Position numbers and translations under genes: made by a program. Positions 16,861 to 25,358 of a stretch of DNA of 32,000 nt are shown here, piece by piece (the stretch's first letter is position 1; every line of letters begins with the position of its first letter). The notes beneath the pieces are model-generated. The model did not search any database and had not been told where the DNA came from. It saw nothing but the letters and a program-made list of their open reading frames with translations. This DNA comes from Chlamydiales bacterium. Its GTDB lineage: Bacteria; Chlamydiota; Chlamydiia; Chlamydiales; JAAKFR01. The stretch lies in contig JAWLBH010000001.1 in NCBI GenBank assembly GCA_041395025.1, positions 480,001 through 512,000 of the forward strand, given 5' to 3'.

Positions 16861-18343
16861 ATGAATAATTTTAAAACAATGAAAAATCTTCTCGAAAGGT
16901 ATTTAAAACAAACAAAAGATAGACAATCTGATGTGATTGCTTATCTAGCTGCTCTCGATCATCTCCAGACAGTCTCACCTACGATAACTGAGGCGATTCT
17001 CAAAGAATTACAAGATCAAAGGAGTCATCTTAAGTTAATTGCTTCAGAAAATTATTCTTCTCTTTCAGTTCAACTTGCTATGGGTAATCTTCTGACTGAT
17101 AAATACTGTGAAGGATATCCCTATCATCGTTTCTATGCGGGTTGTGAAAATATAGACACTATTGAAATGGAGTCGATTGAACTAGCTAAACAACTATTTG
17201 AAGCAGACCATGCTTATGTCCAACCCCATTCAGGAGCTGATGCAAACCTCGTCGCTTTTTGGGCAATTCTTACTGAGCGTATTCAACATCCATTTTTACA
17301 AAAAATGGAAACAAAAAATTTAGAAGCTCTCTCAGCTGATGAATTCGAAAAATTACGTACTCTGCTCTGTAATCAATCTTTTCTAGACTTTCTATTCTGG
17401 GGTCATCTAACACATGGGATTTCGGCAAAATATCTCAGCAAAATGATGCGCGCCTATCTCTATGAAGTTGGTCCTCTTAACAGGGTACCCTCAATTATGA
17501 TCGGATTGAAAACGGCAGGCAAAAAAGAGGTCAAACCTTTGATTCACTGCTGGATATTCAGCCTATCCCTGCCATATTAATTTTGCAAAGTCGCGTGAAA
17601 ATTGCCGATGAGGTAGGGGCGACTTTCAGCGGCAGACATGTCTCATTTTGCTGGGTTGGTTGCAGGTAAGGCATTTCAAGATGAGGCCAATCCAGTAAAA
17701 TATGCACATATCTTAACCTCTACTACTCATAAAACCCCTTCGAGGACCCGTGGTGGATTGATTATGTGAAAAATCCTGAAGCGGATAGTGTAAATAAAGG
17801 ATGTCCACATGTGCTTGGAGGTCCTCTTCCTCATGTAATTGCAGCGAAAGCGATTGCTTTTCAAGAAGCTCATTCAATTGATTTTTAAAATTACGCTCAA
17901 TGTCATTAAAAATGCACGTTTCCTACATGATTTAATGGAAGATGGACTGTTGTCACTGATGGAACAGACAACCATATTGTTTTGATTGACCTATCTAATC
18001 TGGAATCACTGGAAGAATTGCAGAAGACTCTCTAAGGCAAGCGGGTCTCATAGTGAATCGAAATATGATTCCCTTTGATCTAAATGGAGCTTGGTATACT
18101 TCTGGTATTCGCCTTGGAACACCAGCACTAACGACATTAGGCATGCGTGAAAAAGAAATGAAACAAATTGCTTTCATGATCTCCAAAGTTTTGCATCAGA
18201 CTAAACCAAAGATTGTAAAAAATACAGGATTACCAAGTAAATCTAAAGGAGTACTTCCCTCAAAAGTGATGAAGGAAGTATGCGAATCAGGACAATCATT
18301 ACTTAAGCAATATCCACTATACCCAGAAATAATTATTAACTAG
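16861..18343 (+). pseudogene. glyA: Serine hydroxymethyltransferase gene interrupted by multiple frameshifts and stops
   Basis: The 5' part is intact (KLIASENYSSLSVQLAMGNLLTDKYCEGYPYHRFYAGCENID, VQPHSGADANL, GHLTHG at 17401-17418). The 3' part is intact from ~18011 (GRIAEDSLRQAGLIVNRNMIPFD...TSGIRLGTPALTTLGM...YPLYPEI). Between ~17485 and ~18011 the conserved SHMT motifs can only be followed by hopping among all three frames, with stops at 17578, 17767 and 17886. Confidence 0.85.
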
Positions 18344-18499
18344 CTTTTCTATTAATTGAAAATAAATGATTTTTGAGAGATTTTTATTACCATCTGCATT
18401 ATCTTTTGCATCACATACTTGATGGGTAGTACAAAAAAATCAGCAAGATAAAAACAATTTTTAGATAGCTCATAAGAGATTCTAGTTTAGGAGATATCA

Positions 18500-19087
18500 A
18501 TGGTTAAAGAAGAAAAAGAAGAATTCAATTCACTCAATGATAAAATTGATCATGTCATTTTACAATCACGTCGTATTTTCTTTTCGGAACAGGTGGATAA
18601 TAATAGTGCAAGGGATGCTATTCGTAAGCTCTGGTATCTAGAATTAACAAATCCCGGGCAACCAATTACTTTTATAATTAATAGTCCAGGTGGATCGATT
18701 GATGCGGGTTTTGCTATTTGGGATCAAGTGAAAATGCTCACTTCTCCAATCATTACACTAGTCACTGGATTAGCTGCGTCCATGGGATCTATCTTAAGTT
18801 TATGTGGGAGACCCGGAAAACGTTATGCGACTCCAAATGCACGTATCATGATTCATCAACCTTCAATCTCTGGTCCAATTACAGGACAAGCAACTGATTT
18901 AAGCATTCATGCTGAAACGATTATGAAAATGAAAAATCATTTAATAAACCTCTATGTAGAGCATACAGGAAAAACAAAAAAAGAGATTGAAGAAGCTTTA
19001 AATCGTGATAAATGGCTCTCTGCTAGTGAAGCCTTAGAATTTGGTCTCATTAGTAAAATTGTCTCCTCTTTTACAGAGGTAAAATGA
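18500..19087 (+). CDS. clpP: ATP-dependent Clp protease proteolytic subunit
   Basis: 195 aa. [16 protein letters not shown], catalytic Ser in [11 protein letters not shown], His in IMIHQP. AGGAG Shine-Dalgarno 6 nt upstream of the ATG. Confidence 0.95.
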   Translation: MVKEEKEEFNSLNDKIDHVILQSRRIFFSEQVDNNSARDAIRKLWYLELTNPGQPITFIINSPGGSIDAGFAIWDQVKMLTSPIITLVTGLAASMGSILSLCGRPGKRYATPNARIMIHQPSISGPITGQATDLSIHAETIMKMKNHLINLYVEHTGKTKKEIEEALNRDKWLSASEALEFGLISKIVSSFTEVK

Positions 19088-19860
19088 AATATACTCTTTA
19101 TTCAGGAGCAGGAAATACCTTTGTCCTACTTGATCATCCAGTCTCTTCCCATGAGGCTATTTTGCTCTGCCAAGCTTGCAATGTCGATGGAGCCATTTTT
19201 GGTGAAGAAAGATTTCGAATGAGAATCTTTAATCGAGATGGAAGCGAAGCTGAAATGTGCGGAAATGGATTAAGATGTTTCATCAAATTCCTAAGTGAAA
19301 AAAATATCTATCAAAAAAGTTATACAATTAACACAAAAGGGGGAATCTATAAAGGATGGTTGAGGGGAAACCTGGTCTCTGTTCAATTTCCTTTTCCTCA
19401 AAATATGATCTGGGATTTAAAAATTGCTTCTCACACAATTCATTGTCTTAATACTGGTGTTCCTCATGTTGTGATATTTATGGATTCCATTGATAGAGTG
19501 AATATCCAAGAAATTGTCTCCTTGATTTGTTCTCAACCTATTTTTTGTGAAGGAGTCAATGTCAACCTAGTAGAACCAAAAACTCTGCGTATCCGTACAT
19601 ACGAAAGAGGCATAGATGGAGAAACTTTAGCCTGTGGGACAGGTGCAGTCGCTGCAGCTCTTGCTGCTGCAAAACTCTTTTCTCTTACCTCTCCTCTAAA
19701 AATCAAAGTACAATCAGGAGAAATTTTAAAAGTCTCTTTCACAAATGATTGGCGTCAGATTATTCTAGAAGGCTCTGCGATAAAATTTGGTTCTGGTACC
19801 TTTAGTTTAAAACCAAGGTTCACGTTAAAACAAAAATCCCCTATACTTCTTTTAAGATGA
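19084..19860 (+). CDS. dapF: Diaminopimelate epimerase
   Basis: 258 aa. GAGNTF, with catalytic cysteines in EMCGNGLRC and [12 protein letters not shown]. 4-nt overlap with clpP. Confidence 0.9.
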   Translation: MKYTLYSGAGNTFVLLDHPVSSHEAILLCQACNVDGAIFGEERFRMRIFNRDGSEAEMCGNGLRCFIKFLSEKNIYQKSYTINTKGGIYKGWLRGNLVSVQFPFPQNMIWDLKIASHTIHCLNTGVPHVVIFMDSIDRVNIQEIVSLICSQPIFCEGVNVNLVEPKTLRIRTYERGIDGETLACGTGAVAAALAAAKLFSLTSPLKIKVQSGEILKVSFTNDWRQIILEGSAIKFGSGTFSLKPRFTLKQKSPILLLR

Positions 19861-20864
19861 ATAAACTTCCCCAAGCTCAATATCCTTTAATTCTTCGTGG
19901 ACTGCGTCTCATGGATGCTTTTGCAAAATCTAATGATGAACGTGACTTCTATCTTGATCGTATAGAAGGATTTATTCTTTTTGCCGATCTAGATAAAGAT
20001 GATGATAAGCTCAAAAAATTTGAAGAAGAACTTGAAATCCATTCTGAGCGTTATTGCCTCATTCCCAAACTAACTTTCTATGAAACAAAAAAAATTATGG
20101 AAGGTTTTGTTAATGAGAAAATTTATGATATCGATACGAAGGAAAAATTATTTGATATCATTAGTGGGAAAGATGCACGTGAACAGTTTTTAGAATTTAT
20201 TTATGACCATGATACTGAACTAGAGAAATGGCAACAATTCTATCAAGAACGCTCACGAGTTCGTATCATTGAATGGCTACGCAATAATAATTTTACTTTT
20301 GTTTTCGAAGAAGATCTTGATCTTCCTGTTCATACTATTGAGCAATTAAAAATGCATTTGTTTGATCATAAAGTTCCGAAAGAGGCTCAGCAAGGACGTC
20401 AATTTCTCATAAAAAAGGCTGAAACCTACTATTCTAGTGAAGCGCTTAATCCGCGTCCAAAAAGAGGACGTCCACCTAAACAGGTCGCAAAAATTGAAAT
20501 TGAAACTCAGATTACTAATGATATTTTCACTCAAGTCCCCCAAGCCCTAAGTGCATTTCTCTATCTTCCAAACATTCCTTCAGCGACTTCTATTACTTTT
20601 TCTGAAAAATTTGACTCTGAAGCTGAATTCCTTGCTCATCTCAGAGGGAATAGCAGGACTGATGCTGAAAATCAACTAGAAGCCCTGTCAGAAAAATTTG
20701 CTTCTCTACGCAAGCTTTCAAACCAACTCGGCCTAAAAGGAGAACTTGTGATCCCCTCATTCGGAGACGATGAGAAAGAGAAGCCAAGTAGAGAGAAAAA
20801 ACCAAAATCTAAAGTAGGAAATCCAATTCTCTTAAAAAAACAGGGACGAAAACGCAAGCCTTAA
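19857..20864 (+). CDS. Conserved chlamydial hypothetical protein (UPF0158 / CT429-like) with an AT-hook and a basic C-terminal tail
   Basis: 335 aa. The position after glyA-clpP-dapF matches my recollection of CT432-CT429 in C. trachomatis. Acidic N-terminal two-thirds. AT-hook PRPKRGRPPKQ at nt 20451-20483. C-terminus EKPSREKKPKSKVGNPILLKKQGRKRKP. Confidence 0.7.
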   Translation: MNKLPQAQYPLILRGLRLMDAFAKSNDERDFYLDRIEGFILFADLDKDDDKLKKFEEELEIHSERYCLIPKLTFYETKKIMEGFVNEKIYDIDTKEKLFDIISGKDAREQFLEFIYDHDTELEKWQQFYQERSRVRIIEWLRNNNFTFVFEEDLDLPVHTIEQLKMHLFDHKVPKEAQQGRQFLIKKAETYYSSEALNPRPKRGRPPKQVAKIEIETQITNDIFTQVPQALSAFLYLPNIPSATSITFSEKFDSEAEFLAHLRGNSRTDAENQLEALSEKFASLRKLSNQLGLKGELVIPSFGDDEKEKPSREKKPKSKVGNPILLKKQGRKRKP

Positions 20865-21119
20865 AACGATGAGAGATTTCTCAATAAATAGATCTTCTAA
20901 AAAAATTAGAGGCGATTTTTTAAGGAAAAATCTACAGTTGTCTTAAACTTGATCGTGATTTCATTGAATTTGTATACGATATAATCGTTCAACTAATAAT
21001 TTTTTCAATATTCACCATTGAAAAAGTAAAAGATGGCTTAGCTTTGGTGAAAAAAAGCAGATAAAATATCTATCTTGTTTGTTGAATGGTGGAATATTTT
21101 ATTGCTAACCTGTGGAGAC

Positions 21120-21656
21120 ATGAAAGATCACAAAACACTCATCATCCGCACTGTGATTAAACCTGATCTCATGGCTACAACTCTACGAACAAGAGGATGG
21201 CTTGTTGCTCTTGGAGCTCTTGCAATTCTATTTGGAGGAACGATACTACCTCTATCTGTTTTAAAAGTCTGGGGAATTCCCATTTTTTTTGGTAGCTTAA
21301 CTCTTATCGGATTTGGATGGCTTCCTTATCGTCAATTGCAATATCTCACAACTAAACCTAATGAAATTCATGATGATGGCAACAATTTTTTTTTCATAAA
21401 AAAAGGGAAACCTTTCTTAAAAATTCCGAAAAAAAGTATCGCAAGAATTGAATACATGAAAAAAAAACACTTATACGGACTAGGAATCTGGTTAAAAAAT
21501 CCAGTGGCTGAAAAAATCCAAGTTTTCGAGACGCACTCTCATTTCAACAAATTTTTAAAAGAATCAGCTGCTGTATTTCCAGAATGTGATATTTTTCTTC
21601 CTTATTTCACCCAATCTGGAATTAAACACCTGCTTGGATTAAATCATGCATCTTGA
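21120..21656 (+). CDS. Hypothetical membrane protein (two adjacent TM helices plus a small soluble C-terminal domain)
   Basis: The track ORF begins at TTG 21075. ATG 21120 (MKDHKTL) is the likelier start. The hydrophobic pair is WLVALGALAILFGGTILPLSVL, loop KVW, then GIPIFFGSLTLIGFGWLPY (nt ~21198-21330). The 3' end overlaps kdsD convergently by 35 nt. Confidence 0.6.
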   Translation: MKDHKTLIIRTVIKPDLMATTLRTRGWLVALGALAILFGGTILPLSVLKVWGIPIFFGSLTLIGFGWLPYRQLQYLTTKPNEIHDDGNNFFFIKKGKPFLKIPKKSIARIEYMKKKHLYGLGIWLKNPVAEKIQVFETHSHFNKFLKESAAVFPECDIFLPYFTQSGIKHLLGLNHAS

Positions 21657-22581
21657 TGACACCGATCACCTCTTTCTTTTCAACAACAGGAAGGACCATA
21701 ATAGGATGATTCTGATCGTGTTCCATAAGTTGCATTGCATCCCAAGCAAGAGCATCTGCATCGATTGATCTTGGCGTATTCGTCATTAGATCCCCAATTT
21801 TTTCCTGCAAGACTTTCTCTCCTTTAGCTTGAAGAGCACGCCTTAAATCTCCATCAGTAAAAATCCCTTTCAGTTCTTTTTGCTCATCAATCACGATTAG
21901 ACAACCACAACGCTTTTCTGAAAAATCAATCAAAACCTCCTGCAATGCATCTTCAGCATAACATAAAGGGGTATTCTCTTTATTGATCATCATTTGACGT
22001 ACTTTAATTGAAGCACGTCTCCCAATCTGTCCTCCTGGATGATTAGCAGCATATTGATCTATCGTAAACCCTTTCATTTCCATTAAAGCCACTGCTAAGA
22101 CATCTCCAAACAAAAGCTGCACTTCAGTAGAAATGGTGGGAGCAAGATCAAAAGGACACAGTTCGTTTGAACATGGAAGAATCACAGAGAGATGTACTCC
22201 TTTTTGAAGACGACTATGAGGATTAGAGGTCACTGCAGCTAAACGTGCACCACGATTACGTACAAAAGGGAGGAGTTGCAATAATTCATGAGTTTCACCG
22301 CTCTTACTAAGGATAATGACTAAATCGTGTTTTGAAACCATACCTAAATCGCCATGAATCGCATCTATAGGTGACAAAAAAGTGGCTTGAGTCCCTGTCG
22401 ACATCATTGTTGCTGCTATTTTTTGTGCGATAAAGCCACTTTTTCCAATGCCAGTGAAAAATACCAGTCCCTTACAAAGAAAAATCTCCTGTAATAGCTT
22501 TTCACAAGAAGCAATCTCTACTTCAGAAAAAAATGTTTCAATATACTGTTGTTGCTGAGAAAAAAGTTTCTTTAACATCAT
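21622..22581 (-). CDS. kdsD: Arabinose-5-phosphate isomerase (KdsD/KpsF; SIS domain plus tandem CBS domains)
   Basis: 319 aa. SIS motifs GIGKSGFIAQKIAATMMSTG and ILSKSGET. C-terminal CBS pair, with GIFTDGDLRR typical of KdsD. Confidence 0.9.
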   Translation of the reverse strand: MMLKKLFSQQQQYIETFFSEVEIASCEKLLQEIFLCKGLVFFTGIGKSGFIAQKIAATMMSTGTQATFLSPIDAIHGDLGMVSKHDLVIILSKSGETHELLQLLPFVRNRGARLAAVTSNPHSRLQKGVHLSVILPCSNELCPFDLAPTISTEVQLLFGDVLAVALMEMKGFTIDQYAANHPGGQIGRRASIKVRQMMINKENTPLCYAEDALQEVLIDFSEKRCGCLIVIDEQKELKGIFTDGDLRRALQAKGEKVLQEKIGDLMTNTPRSIDADALAWDAMQLMEHDQNHPIMVLPVVEKKEVIGVIKMHDLIQAGV

Positions 22582-22647
22582 ACTCTCTTAATTCTATCTC
22601 TAAACTCTCTTGAAGTCATGGAAAAAATCATCTAGAATGATGAGAAT

Positions 22648-24078
22648 ATGAGTAAAAAACATCGTATCACAGTAGCAGAGGGGGATGGAATTGGCCCTGA
22701 AATCATGGAGGCAACACTTAATATCCTTGAAGCCTCCGGAGCAGAAATTGAGATTGAAAAAATCTCAGTCGGAGAAAAAGTCTATCTTGGTGGTCATTCT
22801 CTTGGGATAGAGGAGAGTGCTTGGGAGACATTAATCCGTAATCGTGTCTTTCTCAAGGCACCAATCACAACTCCTCAGGGAGGAGGTTATCGCAGTCTCA
22901 ATGTGGCAATCCGTACGACGCTAGGACTCTATGCAAATATCCGCCCATGTGTCTCCTATCACCCATTGATTGAAACAAAACACCCTAAAATGAATGTGGT
23001 GATTATTAGAGAAAATGAAGAAGACCTTTATGTAGGAATTGAATATCGCCAAACTCCAGACATGTATCAAGCGTTGAAATTAATTAGTCAACCTGGGAGC
23101 GAAAGGATTATTCGCTATGCTTTCGAATATGCTCGGCTTTACAAACGTAAAAAAGTCACTGCATTCACAAAAGATAATATTTTAAAGATGAGTGATGGGC
23201 TTTTTCATCGTCTTTTTGATGAAATTGCTCAAGAATACCCTGATATTGAGCATGAACACTGGATTATCGATATTGGAAGTGCAAAACTTGCAGATACTCC
23301 TGAAAATTTTGATGTCATTGTGATGGCTAATCTCTATGGAGATATTGTATCCGATATAGCTGCTCAAATTACCCGTTCAGTTGGACTAGTAGGTACAGCT
23401 AACATTGGGGAAAAGGGGGCCATGTTTGAAGCAATTCATGGTTCTGCTCCACGTCTTGCTGGTCAAAATAGTGCGAATCCAACAGGGTTAATTCTTGCCT
23501 CTGTCTTGATGCTTGTTCATATTCACCAACCAAAAATTGCAGCAAACATCCATAATGCCTGGTTAAAAACCATTGAAGAAGGTCTCCATACAAGAGACAT
23601 TTGCAAAAAAGGAACTCCTATTGGCACGAAAGAATTTGCAAAAGCGGTTATGAAACGACTGGGGAAAAAGCCAGATACCATGCAAGCAATTGAATATTTA
23701 TCGGTAAAAGACCAAACATTTACCCATCCTCAAAAAACTGCATCTTTAAGAATAGAACGCAAGCTAATTGGGGTAGATATATATCTCTATTTTGACGGCT
23801 CTATTGAGAGCCTGCTCAAGAGAATTAAAAAGGTAGAGGCTCCTTCTATGAGACTTTTAGCTATCACTAACCGAGGGGTACAGATCTGGCCTGCAAAAAA
23901 AATGGGAGTTTTCTGTGTTGATCACTGGCGTTGTCGTTTTGAAAGCCACAACAATACGGCAATCGAAATTCAATCCATCTCCTCTCTTCTTAACTCTTTT
24001 GCTCATGAAAAGCTAGAAACCATCAAAACTGAAAATCTCTATATGTTTAATGGTCTCCGAGCTTATTCGGCAATCTAA
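22648..24078 (+). CDS. icd: Isocitrate dehydrogenase (isocitrate/isopropylmalate dehydrogenase family) with a ~130-aa C-terminal extension
   Basis: 476 aa. ITVAEGDGIGPEI, RSLNVAIRTTLGLYANIRP, NLYGDIVSDIAAQ, and GSAPRLAGQNSANP are family motifs. Residues ~340-476 extend beyond the usual ~335-aa core. Confidence 0.85.
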   Translation: MSKKHRITVAEGDGIGPEIMEATLNILEASGAEIEIEKISVGEKVYLGGHSLGIEESAWETLIRNRVFLKAPITTPQGGGYRSLNVAIRTTLGLYANIRPCVSYHPLIETKHPKMNVVIIRENEEDLYVGIEYRQTPDMYQALKLISQPGSERIIRYAFEYARLYKRKKVTAFTKDNILKMSDGLFHRLFDEIAQEYPDIEHEHWIIDIGSAKLADTPENFDVIVMANLYGDIVSDIAAQITRSVGLVGTANIGEKGAMFEAIHGSAPRLAGQNSANPTGLILASVLMLVHIHQPKIAANIHNAWLKTIEEGLHTRDICKKGTPIGTKEFAKAVMKRLGKKPDTMQAIEYLSVKDQTFTHPQKTASLRIERKLIGVDIYLYFDGSIESLLKRIKKVEAPSMRLLAITNRGVQIWPAKKMGVFCVDHWRCRFESHNNTAIEIQSISSLLNSFAHEKLETIKTENLYMFNGLRAYSAI

Positions 24079-24188
24079 TCAGAAAATAGAGACAAACTTC
24101 TTATTGATAAAATGGAATTTCAGTTTGACTTTTTAAATTTCTCAGAAAAAAATTTCTCTCCCTCTAAGATTAATTTCAAAAAAGTATT

Positions 24189-25358
24189 TCATAAACTTTT
24201 TAAGGAATGATGCGATTCAAGGTAATTTTTAAAAGCGTCGAGAAATTGGCATCCATATATCCCATCAATTAAACGATGATCAAAGGTAAGAGTGATATAG
24301 ATCATTTGGCGTATAGTCATTTGATTTTCACGAACAACAACACGTTTTTGAATCGTACCAGCCCCAATAATTGCCACTTCGGGATAACGGATAATTGGGA
24401 TCCCCATCAAGGCACCAGTCATCCCAAAATTTGTCATTGTAATTGTTCCATCAGAGATAGCCTCAGGAGAGAGTTGATTTTTTCTTGCTAAAGATGCAAG
24501 CTCAGCAACAGCAGATGCAAAGCTGACGAGATTGCGTGTCTGACAATTTTTGATCACAGGTACAATTAAACCTTTATCTACGTTAACCGCAATCCCTATA
24601 TTGATTAACCGTTTCATAATAATCGTCTCACCTTCTAAAGAGGCATTTAACATAGGAAACTGTTCAAGAGCTTTAGTCATTGCTTGGATTAAGAAACTGG
24701 TAATGGTAAGTTTGAAACCATGAGTCTGCTTAAATTCTTCTTTTTTTTCTTGGATTAGGTGAATGATATCAGTGACATCAGCTTCAGAGACAAGAGAAGC
24801 ATGAGGGGCTTGGTAAAAGGAACGCACCATATTGTCAGCAATCATTTTCCTCATCCCACTCAGAGGAATTTTTTCTTCTTCTGTTTTTTCAATAGAGGAA
24901 CTCTCTTTTGAATCTATGTAGTTTTCGATATCTTTTTTGGTAATGCGACCATCTTGCCCAGTTCCATAAATTGTATGAAGTGTTTCAAGTGAGATCCCTT
25001 TTATCTGTGCAAGACGTAAAACAGCCGGAGTCAAAAGATTTTCCTTCTCTTGTCCTATCCCATCAGAGTCTATCTGAGAAATGGTTTCAGATTTAAGAGA
25101 TGTTAAAGTCTCAATCCCTAACTCAATTTTAACAATTGGAGTTTCTATAGGAATTTCTTGATCCACTTTCACAAGAATTTCTTTGATCACACCAGATACA
25201 GGAGAAGGAATTTCTGAATTCACCTTGTCTGTTGAGACTTCGAGTAGGGGTTCATCTTCTTGAATAAAATCTCCCTCCTTTTTAAAAATTTCAATCACTG
25301 TAGCAGCAAGAATACTTTCACCTAGTTTGGGAAGAGTAACTTCAATAATCTTTTTCAT
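24189..25358 (-). CDS. Dihydrolipoamide acyltransferase (E2 component of a 2-oxoacid dehydrogenase complex)
   Basis: 389 aa. Single lipoyl domain (LLEVSTDKVNSEIPSPVSG). E3/E1-binding domain (TPAVLRLAQIKGISL...GTGQDGRITKKDI). Catalytic domain with DHRLIDG. Confidence 0.92.
   Translation of the reverse strand: MKKIIEVTLPKLGESILAATVIEIFKKEGDFIQEDEPLLEVSTDKVNSEIPSPVSGVIKEILVKVDQEIPIETPIVKIELGIETLTSLKSETISQIDSDGIGQEKENLLTPAVLRLAQIKGISLETLHTIYGTGQDGRITKKDIENYIDSKESSSIEKTEEEKIPLSGMRKMIADNMVRSFYQAPHASLVSEADVTDIIHLIQEKKEEFKQTHGFKLTITSFLIQAMTKALEQFPMLNASLEGETIIMKRLINIGIAVNVDKGLIVPVIKNCQTRNLVSFASAVAELASLARKNQLSPEAISDGTITMTNFGMTGALMGIPIIRYPEVAIIGAGTIQKRVVVRENQMTIRQMIYITLTFDHRLIDGIYGCQFLDAFKNYLESHHSLKSL

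Noticed and set aside
20869-20946. 25-codon basic mini-ORF (MRDFSINRSSKKIRGDFLRKNLQLS) just after the UPF0158 gene, plus other mini-ORFs in the spacers at 10506-10647 and 18344-18499
   Set aside because: No Shine-Dalgarno sequence, no conservation evidence available, and lengths consistent with chance in AT-rich DNA.
21001-21025. 9-bp inverted repeat tttttcaat-attcacc-attgaaaaa in the 256-bp intergenic region upstream of the membrane-protein gene
   Set aside because: The stem is almost entirely A/T and has low stability. Such repeats arise readily in AT-rich spacers. There is no second copy or associated motif to suggest an operator.
21075-21119. TTG-initiated 15-codon extension of the 21120-21656 membrane protein
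   Set aside because: The in-frame ATG at 21120 with an upstream GGAG is more plausible. The extension is a hydrophobic, W-rich oddity. This is not excluded experimentally.
24135-24158. Direct 9-nt repeat aaatttctc (24135-24143 and 24150-24158) in the icd/E2 convergent spacer
   Set aside because: It is short, low-complexity and has only two copies. It does not form a hairpin, and no terminator-like structure could be built around it.
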